A stretch of 64,000 nucleotides of DNA from a virus: the IMG/VR virus record IMGVR_UViG_3300029391_000001, positions 19,880-83,879 of that record; one strand, 5' to 3'. The notes beneath the pieces were generated by a model. The model worked only from the letters and a program-made list of their open reading frames with translations. It had not been told where the DNA came from and ran no database searches. Every line of letters begins with the position of its first letter. Within the stretch, counting starts at the first letter, position 1. Position numbers and translations under genes: made by a program. Positions 1 to 12,245 of this stretch are shown here, piece by piece.

Positions 1-1069
1 CATCATTCTTTATAAATGTAAGTGTAGGAGTTAATAAAGCAGTTCCCACTTCTACTATTTGAGAAGTAAAACTATAATAAAGCTATGGGTATACTAAATC
101 TCTAACTACTGTTGGAAACAGTAAAGTATCAATAATTTCATTAAAGGGCTTGCCCTTAAGTTTCTCTACTGTAGTCCCTTCAATTACTGTTGAAGTAGTA
201 TCATCTGGGAGTTCCGTCTAATAAGTAGCTATAGTTTCTAAGTTAGTTTGTATATTAGTAATACTTTCAGTATTAGTTTCTACTTTAGTATTTGTCTCTT
301 GTTGTGCTTCCTAAGTTTTCTATACTTCTTTCTTTGTTTCTTCTAGAGCAGGTTCAAGATTCTTAACATAGATACCTGGAAGGATAATAGAAGAGGTTTC
401 CTCTCCAATCTCCTATTCTATTAAATGAATAGCATTATCTTCCTAAGTAGATAAAATCACCTCTAAAGAATTATCTTCCTTTAGTTCTATAGTTTTGGAA
501 TTTTGGAGACTATTCTTAATCCAATTAAGAATGTTTTTATCAACATCTATATTCTCAATAGCATTATTCAACTCAACTATAGCTTCATTGATTTTTACTA
601 TTTCTTCAGATAGATTATTAATCCCTTTTCTATTAGTATCAATTTCTCGTTGTAAATCCTCCTTCAATACAGATATAGAAGTTCTAATATTGCTTATATC
701 GACTTTCAGTTCTTCTATTGCTTCTGTATTAGATTCATATTCACTAATAAAGTATAGGGCATAGTCTAGGGCATCCTTCACAGTATTAATACCTTCTGCA
801 ACGTCACTAGTATAGGTCCATTTTTGTTCTATATACTATACTAGGTCTTTTTGCAGTTCTATGGTTCCACTAATGTTTCCCCACAATAGACTCTACTCAT
901 CAGCAATACCTAAGTTCTTTCTTACTTTAGCTTTTTCTAGTTCTGTCCTATATTCTCCTAAATAGTTATTTCTTAAGAGAGGTATAGGCTCACATTTTAT
1001 AGGCTTACCCTTTTTACCACAAGGCACTATATCTGCGTTACTTACCGAAGTGTAAATAGACTGTATCAT
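1..1069 (-). CDS. coiled-coil virion/tail-fibre-like protein (3' part runs off window start); TAG read as sense
   Basis: ATG at 1067-1069 (minus), same frame as ORF fragment 443..781; heptad-rich sequence; multiple in-frame TAG. Confidence 0.45.
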
Positions 1070-1224
1070 TCTAGTTTAATAATTGCTATTTAATAAATTC
1101 GTGATTATCTAGTCTTACAGGTAGGTTAATAAAACAAATTAGATTAAGAATATCTTGATAATCTGGTTTATATCCCTTTTTGAGTTTTCTTAGAAAATCC
1201 TCATACCTTTTAATAGCCTTTCTC

Positions 1225-1956
1225 TTAAGAGCATCCACAACCTATACGTTTATGTCCATGGTGGTGATTATCACAGAATCCTCCACAGGTACGGAACATC
1301 GCTAGTAATCTCTCAGCCTCCATGAATTGTTTAAAGCATATTAAATAATCTATAATGTTAAGAGTCATCCATATGAAATCTCGAGCAAATATATCTGCTT
1401 CCTAATCTCTAGTTAGACACTTATTTAGTAAAGCATCAAAGAGTTTCTTACAATAATTAATGTAACACTACTACAAGTTTCCTGTAAAGAAAACATCTAC
1501 CTTACATTTTTTTATAGTAGTTCCTTCTATGTTTCGTTCAAGAACTTCTTTAACTGTACACTCTTCTAGCTTACCTTCTACTTCTTTATATAATTTTTCT
1601 CCATCAGTAACATAGATAGTCTCATAGTATTCCTTGTATTCGTCCGATGAATTTTCATACCATTTCATATTAGGAATAATGATATGGTCTACTACGTAAT
1701 AACCATCATCCTTGACCTTAAACATACACGAGTCTAAGTCTTCTGTATGGTCATTAAGTAGGACATCTATCAGAGTAGCATCACTTATACTAACTTTGAT
1801 GATAGTATTCAAGGTAGCACTCTCACTATACTTATAGGAGTCGTAAGAAGTTACTACCTCTACATCTTCATCAATATACTAGCCATATTCTTTTGAGAAA
1901 TCTTCTATCAGTATTTCCCCATTAATTTGGGTATGTATATCAATACTAAATTCCAT
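1225..1956 (-). CDS. hypothetical virion protein with C-terminal Cys/His cluster (CGGFCDNHHHGH...); TAG read as sense
   Basis: ATG 1954-1956, TAA 1225-1227, 732 nt in frame; contains ORF fragment 1471..1812; ~4 in-frame TAG. Confidence 0.45.
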
Positions 1957-1966
1957 ATTGTAATAA

Positions 1967-2698
1967 TTAAGACTCAATAGGCCACTAGCCATATTGAGCA
2001 GGGGTAGAAAAAGGTTTCCATTTACCTGCTTGTCTTATTCGTCTAGACATGAAGACGGAAGTAAATGATAAACTAATATCTTGAGGATAATCTGTCCAGG
2101 TATAAGACTATCCATCTGGAGTAGGAGGTAATTTATCAATCCCAGAGGAGGGCTGTCCATTCCAGTAGTAGTTATAGTCATAGGCTTTAATAGAGGTTAC
2201 TTCTGTGGTTTCTCTCCCGTCAGAATCTATATAGAGAGGATCTCCTTTTTTATTCGTTTTTTGTTTATACTCTATAACTGGTGTTATTCCCTCGGTTCTA
2301 GTATATATAGTCTATATAATAGTAGAGACATCACTCGCTACTATTTCATAGATAGTAGTTCCCTATGATTCATCAGCTCCCTAAAAAGTAAATTTAGTTC
2401 TTTTCCATATATATGGATTCTCTTCTGTTGGAAGCTCAAAAGTATCAGACCACTACTTACTTGATAGTTTTATTTCAGATTCATCGGCAGTATTAGCAGG
2501 GAGATAATGTATTTTAATAATAATACTATTAACTGCTTCACTTGAACCGGATAAATCTGATACCTACTTAAATAATTTTTTTAAGTCGTCTTCTACATTT
2601 GATTTAGAACCGGAAGCATTACTTATAATTACTGTCCCATCAGAGATAGGATAAATCTACTACTAATCTTTGTTGTATACAATTGTTCCAGTTGCCAT
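1967..2698 (-). CDS. hypothetical virion protein; contains three consecutive TAG codons
   Basis: ATG 2696-2698 right after portal stop; TAA 1967-1969; 732 nt in frame; plus-strand ctactacta at 2657-2665 = TAG TAG TAG in frame. Confidence 0.4.
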
Positions 2699-2699
2699 A

Positions 2700-4871
2700 T
2701 TAATGTATTTGTCTTATTTTGTCATTATATGGATTTCCATCATGAAGCTAAGCCAACTCTATTTCAGTTCTTTTTTCTTCAATATCCATTTGTCTATCTT
2801 TATAAGTAGAATCAGACTGAGCTTTAAGCCAGTTAACTTTATATTCTAACTGCATCTTCTACTATTCTAATCCCAGTCTCTATTCATCTAAGCTTTCAAT
2901 CTTTTGCTGAGCTTTCTATAATTCTTGCTGTAACTACTAAGCCTATTGAGAGGTTTCTTCTAATTTTTCTTGTAGTTGCTGAAGCTGATTATTTTCCTCT
3001 TTGCGAACTTGAACAGCTTTCTTAACCTTATATTTAAGGTCTGTCAGACTCTTAGATGTAAGAGCCTCAAAAATAATATCTGGATCCATCTGTTGATTTT
3101 TTACGAACTCTGGAATGATTGCTTTTATAGTCTATAAATCTTCCATCACTTCTGAACTAGCAGTAATATGAATATCGTAGTCAGTAACAGTAAAATACTC
3201 AGGAAGTGCGGTGAATATCTGTTGATATTTATCCCCAAGTATAATAGTTCCAGTTAATCCTTTCTTATAAGTAACTTTAGCCTAATTAAGACTATCTAGT
3301 AGTATCTCGCAGGTTATTAAATCCATCTGCTAAAAATAGTGCTTAGTTACTATATACGAGTTAGCTACTCCCTACTTAATATTAGTAACTGCATCTCTAG
3401 TTTCTATACCGTTAAGTCGTTCCCTAAATACTCCAGTTATTGATGATGTAGTTTGTTCTACTGATTGAATAGCTAGTTCAATAGCCTATACAGCCTATGC
3501 TTTTAAGGTATCATCAAATCCGTTATATATCTAGTTTGGAGCTTGCTGTCCGTCATTCCTACCTTCTTGGCTTGAGTCTATCCACATGATACCACCTTTT
3601 TTATAAGCTAACCATTTTTGTACTCGTTCTGGCCATTTAACTCCTAAGTTGGTAGGCAACAGAGACATATCCATAATAACTCCAGCAGTACCACTATTAG
3701 CTATTAGATTATCTCTATAATAGTTTAATAAGTCGTATCTATCCTACAGATGTGCACATTTTAATATAAGAGAATAAGGCTACTAAGAGCGATTTAAGAA
3801 ATATACTCCATTTACCGATAAAGAACAGAAGTTGGGATTATCTTTAGACCTCATAACAGTCTTGTCTAATCCTCTAAGAATATATATCTCTTCTCCTATT
3901 CTGATAGTATTGTATCTCTACATCACAAAATCATCATCTGTTTCAATCCATTCAACATCATAGACTGGGATTAACTAGAACCTATGAGCACTATATTCAT
4001 TGTCTGGATAGCCGGGAATGGTTTCATGATTCTAATCTTCATTTACTACTGTACAAGTATCTCCATATACTCTTCTATAAACAGCAGCTGAATCATCAGC
4101 TCGCCATTCATCTTTTAGTCTTCTTAAATCTTCTCTAGATATTTCTTTGCCATATTTAGCTAAAATCTAACTCTTACTCATCCACTTTCTTACTACAACT
4201 CTATATGAGTTCCTTACATATGGAGATTCTGGATTTCTATCAACAAATGTATTAAGTGGGTTTAATACCTCTATTTCAATATTAGTTCCAGAAGCCGATG
4301 ATTTCACTCTAAAGAATGTATAACCAGTAATTAATAAGTCTGTTAGTAACTAACGTAACTTAGTAATTAAATCGGTTTCTCTGGATTGCATAATATAATG
4401 TACTATATTCTAAGCTGCAATTTCATATTGAGAAATAAAGGATTGGTCAATATCCTATATAATTTTATCTAACTAAGTCTTTACAGCTTTATCAGTAATA
4501 TCCTTGCCATCAATAAACTTAAGAATTGAATTACTTAAATGGTCTTTCAAAAACTTTACTATTCCCTTGGTTATTTCTAGCTATTTTTCTCTTGTTATAT
4601 TACTGATAGTATCTGAATCTTTGCAAGAAATTTTCGGAAGTATAGGAGTTCCTAAATATTCTCCAACTAGAGCATCTACGTGTTTCTTTAATAAAGGCGT
4701 AAACTCTACCGAAGTGGGGCTACCTATTCCGAAGTTTTCTTCCAGATAACGGAACTATTCAGGATCTCTTTTACCATTATAATAATTATAAGCTTTCTGT
4801 AACTCATACTTATCATATACAAGTTCCGCAATAGCCTCGTTTGTCTTGTCTATTAATTCCTTCTCTTTCAT
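2700..4871 (-). CDS. portal protein (SPP1 gp6-like); about 30 in-frame TAG codons
   Basis: N-terminus MKEKELIDKTNEAIAELVYDKYELQKAYNYYNGK resembles, from memory, a YY.G motif near the SPP1 gp6-like portal N-terminus; lies just downstream of terminase; 2172 nt in one frame ending TAA 2700-2702; spot-checked mid-gene. Confidence 0.6.
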
Positions 4872-5091
4872 AACATAAATTATGTTGTTCTGGAGGAAGT
4901 TTAGTAGCGTTATAATACTTAACTCTTTGCAACTTCCTACTTCTTAATTCTTCCTTAATAAATGGCAGAAATTCTTCGTCTGGTAAATCTGCTATTATTA
5001 CTAATGGCATTTCTGACCTATCAAAGTTAAAAGAGACTTTATACCCAACTGGGTCTAAACTCTCAATATCTAGTCCGCCTATATACTCCAT
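4813..5091 (-). CDS. small hypothetical protein overlapping the terminase 3' end and the portal 5' end
   Basis: ORF fragment 4813..5274 frame; TGA 4813-4815; internal Met at 5089-5091 is my guess for the real start. Confidence 0.3.
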   Translation of the reverse strand: MEYIGGLDIESLDPVGYKVSFNFDRSEMPLVIIADLPDEEFLPFIKEELRSRKLQRVKYYNATKLPPEQHNLCYEREGINRQDKRGYCGTCI

Positions 5092-7426
5092 TTTGTACAA
5101 GTCCCTCATATATTCTAGGATCACTTGTTTCAACTCTGTATGGGTCATCATATTCGTTTCTTTGCATATTAAGTTCAGGAGTTTTCTTAGTTGGAATAAC
5201 TCCAAATCTTTTAATTCCTCTCTCGTCGTAATAGTAACCAAAATCTTGGAACTATTCAACTTCTTTCTCCACAAGTACGGGCTGTCTTCCTGATAGCTCT
5301 TGGTCTGCTAACTCAGTCATACCTACAGCGGCTACAATATCATACTTACCCTTATTTTCATCATTATATGCAGTGAACTATTCTAGCATTTCTTCGAACC
5401 ATATAGTATGGCAATAGTCTTCTATAAAGGCGGCTGTTAAATCAGTATGCTATTCGATTATAGTTTTTGTAGCAGGAGTTCCATACTATTTAGTAGTTCC
5501 ATTTCTGACATTAGTTAGAGTAGCTCTTGGGCGCTTCATAAAATAGTTAAGGCATCCTTTTTCTCTAGCCCAAGTAACCATACCCATACGAGTAGCTTCT
5601 ATATTTATTTTACAATTATAATAGCGAGCTAAACACATAGCTATTTTATAGGCTTCTCTGATGTCTCCAGGTCTATCCTTGTACATAGCAACATACTGAG
5701 GGTCATTCATACCAAACGCACGTTTCTTAATCGTTATGCAGAAATCAGACGGGTCTCTGGTTTCCTTAGAAGTCTAATTCGCTCCAATATCAATACCGTC
5801 TATACCTGCTACGTATAAGTCTCGCATCTCTTTATAAACTGGAACTTCAAAATCCTAGCCATTATCTTCTGCCTCCTATCTAAGCTTTTCCATTTGTTCT
5901 TTATATAAGTCAGACCATATTGGATGCTCTAGAATTTTTACTTTGCCATTGCTGTTAGGAATCCATTTAAAACCATCAATATTATCCTAAGTATGTTTAT
6001 TATTTTTGTAAAAATAATCAATATAACCACATTCGGGTCTTGGGCCAATTTGTTTAAGTCTTATATTAGCTATCTATTCGGCAACTAAAATTTTATTAAA
6101 CTTATTAACACCTTCTAGATTAAATGCTTCTTCTGCATTCCAACAACGTTCAGCGCATTTCTTTAGGTAGTCTTCTGGTACAGCTAACAGATTATCTCGC
6201 TCCTCCTATAAGAATTTCTTATATTCCACAGTATTACATACTCCTCTGTGGTCCATAAATTCTGGATTCAAAGATTGTATAAAGTATGGAATAAAGAATC
6301 CACTCTCTATAGTAGTCCCATCCTAAGTCCAATTATGTCTAAATGGAAGAATCTTATATGCTCTTGGATTATAGTAAATCTTTTTTAAGCCCTCTAGAGG
6401 AGCACCCATATCACCGCCAGTACCTCCAAACAACATTGTTCCACGAGGCATACCTTGAACTTCACAAAGTTCTTGACCTTGTACCACAGCGGTATCAAGT
6501 CCAGGCCAGGAACCAGCTTCATCATATATTAATAAATCTACACGGTCTCCACGAATATTAGATGGTTTAGCTCCGTTAATTGCTACAACCTCAGATTTAA
6601 ATCCTACGTCTTCAAACTAACCATTTATTTTGATTTGTTTACCTGATTTCTTTCTCAAATCCTGGTCAATAAGTCGCAATTTAAAAAATCCTCCTCCAGT
6701 ACAGGTATTTAAGAATGTAAGAGCATTATCAAACTTACTAAAGGTACCCTTAAGGAAGGTATCATTAAAGCAAGTAATCATAACCCTACTTCTTCTAATA
6801 ACAGAGTACATACGAGCAGAAAGAGAGGCGTTTATTTCAGAGAATCCAATAGAACGAGCTTTCATTAAAGCTGCGTGCTTGTGTAGCACTCTAGCCATCT
6901 ATAGATAATGAAAGAACATATAATGTGATGCAAAGAATATTGGGAAGTCATTATCAGTACCCTCACCAGAGGCTTTCTGCTAGTCAATAGTAGGTAACTA
7001 ATAGAAATTTAAGAAGAAGTAATTATCTCCAGTAATGGTGTATCCATTAACTGTCATTCCATACTTACATCTTCTATATTGCTCTTTCCAAAATTCGTTG
7101 TACCGCTTACTATCTCTAAGGTAGGGACAGTATTGACCAGTTCGTTTATATACTTCCCTAGTCTCGGTAAACCAATCTGGATTAAAGTCCAATCCATGAG
7201 TTTCGTCAATAGGTCTGTATCCAGTTATTTCATAAGATAAGGTAGGGTCAAATACTTCTATTTTATCTCCTATTTTAACATCCCAATAGTCAGAATTTCT
7301 GACCCTTTCCTCTCTTATTTTCTATACTAATTCTCTAGCTTCTTTAGCATCCTCTTTCTATTCTTTTTCTCTTACCTAATCTACAATATTCTATATTTCT
7401 TCAGGTAATATCTTTTTTCTTGGCAT
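5063..7426 (-). CDS. terL: terminase large subunit; about 20 in-frame TAG codons
   Basis: Hand translation gives LLIYDEAG (Walker B-like), a GIDGIDIG nuclease-like motif, and continuous sequence across every TAG; ATG 7424-7426; TGA 5063-5065; 2364 nt in one frame. Confidence 0.75.
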
Positions 7427-7428
7427 AA

Positions 7429-7989
7429 TTAAAAGTCTCCTGGGTCAAAACCATCCACAGCTCCAGCTCTAACAGTAGATTGTTCAGTAAGTTCTTTCTT
7501 AACCTAGTCTTCTAGTGTTATGAGTTCTTCATGAACTTTGTGAAGGGTAGCCATTTCCTTCATTACTTTTTCAGCCTGGAATACTGGTTTGCCGTTATTA
7601 TCACGCTCATTTAAATCTACAATAGTTTCGAAATAATCAATAAACTAGTCTGCAGCTCTTTTAGCTGCTTCTAGTAATTTTATTGACTTGTTTGAATCTT
7701 GTAACGCTCTGTATTTCCTACAAGCTTCTCTAAATATAGGGTCATTAAATTCCGACTCTGTCAATCCAGAATCGCTAATAGCTTCGTCATGTCGTTCATG
7801 TTCCGAATACTAACTGTATGGACTTTTCCAGTCTATAGCTAAATAAATGTAAGATAGTTCTCTAGTAGCTCTATCCTTTTCTGCAGATTTATCCCTCTAG
7901 ATTAAAGCCTTAAATTCCTTAACTAGCAATATCTCTGGTTCATTTATTTCTAGCTATTTAGTTAAAGTGTTATAGTTAAATACATTCAT
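7429..7989 (-). CDS. putative terminase small subunit, by position only; 5 in-frame TAG
   Basis: Ends TAA 7429-7431, 2 nt before the terL ATG; 561 nt in frame; no recognisable motif. Confidence 0.4.
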
Positions 7990-8026
7990 AATCATTAATC
8001 ATTATCATACACATTAGATAATCTTA

Positions 8027-8605
8027 TTATTTCTTTTTCATTTTGGAACCGCACTTATTGACTTTCATTTTTGAGCCACAAGCGTCTTTCTTAGCATATT
8101 GTTTTCTGTCAGGAACCCATTTTCCTCCCTGGAAATTACCCTTATGTCCTTTATTGGCCATGATTTCCTAATCATTGTATTTATTGATTGATATAGAATC
8201 TCTTGAGGCTTCGTCTCTAGCAGATTTCATATCTTTCTTATACTAAGCTCTTCCAGCCTTAAATTTATCAACTTCATTAGCTTTCTTAGTAACTTTAGTT
8301 CCTTTTTGTGCTTTCTGGCAAGCTTTACAGATTCTACCGCCTTGCTTAAAATATACAAGCTCTTCTCCTTCTGGACATACTCCTTTTAGCTTCTTATAAT
8401 ACTCAAGCTTAGCTCCAAGCCTAGCCATTACTCCTCCTTGCATTTTCCGCATAAATTCCTGATACTTAGCTTTAATGCCGTCTTCACCTAATTGTTCAGC
8501 ATAAGCTTGTAAATCCTATTCAGATTGTACTTGTATTCCCTACGCAGCGGCATCTTGTATTAGATATGCCATAAATGCTTTTTGTAATTCTTTCTAGTTA
8601 GCCAT
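8027..8605 (-). CDS. lysine-rich hypothetical protein; 4 in-frame TAG
   Basis: ATG 8603-8605, TAA 8027-8029, 579 nt in frame; contains ORF fragment 8243..8452. Confidence 0.45.
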
Positions 8606-8760
8606 TACTCTTCTACTTTAATTAAATCCTTAGTATTAAACACTGCTTCCTACATAAGTCCGGAATCAGTAAACCATCTACATCTTAATCCTCGTAATCC
8701 TTGGTTATCTTTAAATAAAGCTGCTTCTCTTCTTAGAACAAGCATAACTGGAGAATGCAT
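8605..8760 (-). CDS. small hypothetical protein
   Basis: ATG 8758-8760; TAA overlaps the next ATG (TAATG); one in-frame TAG. Confidence 0.25.
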
Positions 8761-8815
8761 TACTTTACACTACCGTAAAGTAACACAATCCCCAGGCTTA
8801 AAATAAACTTTTTCA

Positions 8816-9418
8816 TCAATTGTTTCCATACTTCAATTCGTTTCTTCTTTCAGTTAGCTTTTCGTTAACTACAGCCATAATTCTGTTCTCATTAACTACA
8901 ACAAATCCAAACTTGTAGAACGGAACCATGCACTCGCTAGCTATTGTATAGAATACTATATCTCCAGGTTTTAGGAACTCACACTTGTACCCAACCTCAA
9001 TAACAGTACCCACTTTAATAAATTGTTGTTCTTCTTCTATTTCTCCTGTTTCATTAGATTTATATGTTGGAGCAAATCCACCTAAGTCTGTAATTAATCC
9101 ACTCTTAGTAGTTTTAATTTTTTGAAACGGATTTTGTTCGAAAGGTTTAATTAATGCATACCCATACATGGGCATAATTTCTACACCATTCATATCCTCA
9201 GATAATGATTTGGCGTAAGATTCTAAAGCTGCATTATGTTTAGAGAATTTATCTTCTAGTTCATCTACTGCTGTATTGAATCTTTCCTGTTTTTCTCTTA
9301 ATAAAGTTTTATCTGCAGCTTCTCCATTTACTATAAGGTGCTGTCCTGTACCTTCCATACCAGTTATAGCTAGTGCTAGTTTCTCATTACTGTTCAATTC
9401 TGTTCTTAAAGTTTCCAT
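8816..9418 (-). CDS. hypothetical protein; C-terminal half GroES/Gp31-like (KPGDIVFY)
   Basis: Intact ORF ATG..TGA; GroES-like motif pattern in C-terminal half. Confidence 0.4.
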   Translation of the reverse strand: METLRTELNSNEKLALAITGMEGTGQHLIVNGEAADKTLLREKQERFNTAVDELEDKFSKHNAALESYAKSLSEDMNGVEIMPMYGYALIKPFEQNPFQKIKTTKSGLITDLGGFAPTYKSNETGEIEEEQQFIKVGTVIEVGYKCEFLKPGDIVFYTIASECMVPFYKFGFVVVNENRIMAVVNEKLTERRNELKYGNN

Positions 9419-9426
9419 AATTCATT

Positions 9427-9765
9427 TTACCATTTACATAAATCACAATGTTCATCTTCTATTCTAGTTTTGTTCTCTAGTATACAACCACACTCCTCAC
9501 ATACTTCTCCAAATGAAGTCTGTAATTTATGAGGACAAGTATTACAAATATTTAATCTTGTGGTTGCTAAATCTTGATTAATTCCAAATATATGGAAATA
9601 TATACTCTTCAATATTACTAAAGGTTTAGTAAATATTGCTTTAATCCATTTCTTTGACATCTTTTCAGTAGGTTCTTGAGTCATAAGTATATAAGCCTTA
9701 GTAGGGTTAGCCATTACTGGAGTCCCATATAGTAATAAATTATTTACCATTTCTTCGCAGGACAA
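9427..9765 (-). CDS. Cys-rich zinc-ribbon protein
   Basis: CxxC...CxxC pairs. Confidence 0.45.
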   Translation of the reverse strand: MSCEEMVNNLLLYGTPVMANPTKAYILMTQEPTEKMSKKWIKAIFTKPLVILKSIYFHIFGINQDLATTRLNICNTCPHKLQTSFGEVCEECGCILENKTRIEDEHCDLCKW

Positions 9766-9959
9766 TGCTTCTTCTCATTAGGTATCTTTAATTCCAGTAG
9801 ACATCCGCATCCTTTTATATATCCTTCTTTTGGACCAATACTTATGTCATTGTTTTCTGGATTTAAATACAACTGTCCATTACATATTGCATCTTCTTGA
9901 TTACATATTGGACAGCGTCTACATATTTTCCATCTTTCTTCTATTTCCTCTAGTGTCAT
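9744..9959 (-). CDS. Cys-rich zinc-ribbon protein
   Basis: CRRCPIC...CxxC motifs. Confidence 0.4.
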   Translation of the reverse strand: MTLEEIEERWKICRRCPICNQEDAICNGQLYLNPENNDISIGPKEGYIKGCGCLLELKIPNEKKHCPAKKW

Positions 9960-9961
9960 AA

Positions 9962-10876
9962 TTAATATTCAATACGTTGACGTTTCTTTTTATTTTCTGC
10001 CAATATAGATTCTTTCTTGTAAAAAGAAAGCATTCTTATTACTTCATCTTTTAAATATGGTAAGTGATATACTGTCATGTTGTCACTGTGGTCGAAGTGT
10101 ACTAAAACTAAGTCTTCAATTTCAAATTCTGGGTTTTTCTTCTGAATCATCCAGGCGTAAGTACTTAGCTGAAGGGTATAATGCCAATAATTAACATCAT
10201 CTAAATTATTTAGAGGATACTTCATCTTAACTGATGTCTTAGTTTTAGAATTAAAGAAACTCTTTGTTTCTATTTTTTTATTAGTCTTCCAGTCGCCAAT
10301 AATTATCTTATTACCTCTTTTAACTAATAAGTCAATTTGTCCAGCTATTCTTAGTTTTCCGTCCTCAGATACTCTAGAGATTAGATACTCAGGATATACC
10401 CCATTCTCCAAATCTAGATTGTTATAGTCTTTTATACACTCAAACTTACCACCTATTTGATATTTACTTAGATCTATATCCTTCTTCTTTTTGTAAAAAG
10501 AGTTTTCCAAATCTGCATGGATTCTAGTTCCTCTCTCGCAAGAGTTTCTGTTCTCCATATCCCATGCATCTAAGATAGCTTGTTGTTCTTTATTAAACTC
10601 GTCTTCTGTAATGTTATGAAGTTCAAGTAGAACTTTGTCAAATTTCTTAGTATTCAGCAGAGATTTTTTCTCGATAGCCCAATCTTCTTTAGGTAGAAGT
10701 TTCTCTAGTGCTTTATAAGCTGACCAGAACTCTTTATCAAAGGGTTGGGTGAAAGAATGAATTAAAGTCGTTACAGATATAAATTTCTGTTCTGGCTTTG
10801 TAACATCATAATAAATATGAGCTTCCTCTTCGAAAGCTATGTTCCCATTTTGTTTTGTAATTTTACTTTTGTCCAT
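9962..10876 (-). CDS. PD-(D/E)XK family nuclease
   Basis: GQIDLLVKRGNKIIIGDWKT (D..E.K motif). Confidence 0.55.
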   Translation of the reverse strand: MDKSKITKQNGNIAFEEEAHIYYDVTKPEQKFISVTTLIHSFTQPFDKEFWSAYKALEKLLPKEDWAIEKKSLLNTKKFDKVLLELHNITEDEFNKEQQAILDAWDMENRNSCERGTRIHADLENSFYKKKKDIDLSKYQIGGKFECIKDYNNLDLENGVYPEYLISRVSEDGKLRIAGQIDLLVKRGNKIIIGDWKTNKKIETKSFFNSKTKTSVKMKYPLNNLDDVNYWHYTLQLSTYAWMIQKKNPEFEIEDLVLVHFDHSDNMTVYHLPYLKDEVIRMLSFYKKESILAENKKKRQRIEY

Positions 10877-10990
10877 TAGTCATAATTCATTTAATCATTT
10901 ATCACATTTATCTATATTTATTTGATACTTTTCAAGTATATTAATATTCTTTGTAAGATACAAATCAATAAATAATACATTATATTAAAA

Positions 10991-11333
10991 ATGTCTAATA
11001 TGACAAAAATGGTAACATTTGAATGTCCAATTTTTAAAAACGGGTCAGGCATTCATATTAAAGAGAAAAACAAAGGTAAATTTACTGCCTCTGCTAAGGC
11101 TGCAGGATAGTCTGTACAGGAACATGCTAAATCTGTACTAAACAATCCTAATGCTACTCCTCTTCAGAAGAAGCGTGCTAACTTTGCTAGAAACGTGGCT
11201 AAATGGAAACACGAAGATGGAGCTAAGATACATAAACCAAGTGGACATAGATCTATTCTAGATAATGGATGGATTCCTACTACTAGATTAAAGAAAGGAA
11301 ATTATGGATTAATTAAAACAAGAAAGCAATGAG
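10991..11333 (+). CDS. hypothetical protein; one in-frame TAG
   Basis: ATG..TGA in one frame verified codon by codon; TAG at 11108-11110. Confidence 0.45.
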
Positions 11334-11407
11334 CGCTGTAGTTAAATTAATTAAAGAATTTATACTTAAGATATATCTTTATTTACTATTTATATTTAAT
11401 AAGTAAT

Positions 11408-11599
11408 ATGGACTATAATAGAGCAACTCTTTATGCGGCTACTGGTCGTACTTTATTACTCCCTGGCTGGAAAGGGTATTTTTATTGGGACTATACTAAG
11501 AATGAATTAAATTTTAGAAATGGAGACTATCATTTAGATAACAAATAGCTCAAGGAGAAAGGAGTTATGGAACGTAATGATTGGTATTATATAATATGA
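11408..11599 (+). CDS. small hypothetical protein; one in-frame TAG
   Basis: Frame-consistent ATG..TGA. Confidence 0.3.
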
Positions 11600-11988
11600 T
11601 AATTAAAAATAATATTATACCGTTTGGAGGTTATAAAGTAATTAATCTGTTTGGATTAATATTTACTAAGTCGGATTTGACTGATGAGGATAAGAATCAC
11701 GAGAATATCCATTCAGTATAGATTTTAGAATGTGCAATAGCGTTTGCAATACTTATATCTATATTATTTGGATTAGAATGGGTATGGTTAGCTATTCCAT
11801 CTTTCTATATCTGGTATGGATTAGAGTATTTAATTATACGACTATTAAGACTTAAAGATTCTCAAAATGATTGCTACAGAGATGTAAGCTTTGAAGAAGA
11901 AGCTTATATGAATGAAGACAATTTACAGTATCTAGAAGGATAGAGAAAGATGTTTTCATGGATAAAATATCTAAAAGTTAATGCATAA
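11596..11988 (+). CDS. membrane protein with HEXXH motif, putative zincin-like metallopeptidase; two in-frame TAG
   Basis: HENIH motif plus hydrophobic helices; ATGA overlap with the upstream gene. Confidence 0.4.
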
Positions 11989-12032
11989 CAAAATAGGCGA
12001 ACTTAGACAATTAAGTCTAGGCTCGCCTATTT

Positions 12033-12245
12033 TTATTTACTATTATACGTACAAGTGATTCTGTTTGGCTCTTCCCACCAAGGTTTATCTGAAAGTGGAG
12101 TTCTGATGCTATTGGGCCAATTTATAATTGGAGTAGTTTCCTCTACTATAGCCTCCATTATTTTAAATAATGTATCCAAGTCTAGCTCTGGAAGCAGCTC
12201 ATGAATATTAGTTATTGTTTTCTTATAATTTATCATACCCTTCAA
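12033..12245 (-). CDS. hypothetical protein
   Basis: ORF track. Confidence 0.35.
   Translation of the reverse strand: MKGMINYKKTITNIHELLPELDLDTLFKIMEAIVEETTPIINWPNSIRTPLSDKPWWEEPNRITCTYNSK

Noticed and set aside
443-6908. Plus-strand ORFs 495..764, 4504..4749, 5093..5293, 6343..6561, 6630..6908, and 15135..15401(-), 23486..23707 and similar
   Set aside because: They are antisense or out-of-frame to well-supported genes (TAG-rich minus-strand late genes or long plus-strand genes). They are low-complexity and lack independent support. I treat them as artefacts of the six-frame track.
4813-7447. TGA (opal) as the reassigned codon instead of TAG
   Set aside because: TGA falls exactly where protein sequence ends (terL 5063-5065; genes at 4813, 8816, 11331, 13507). 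The only Trp tRNA has a standard CCA anticodon. Read-through conservation is seen only across TAG.
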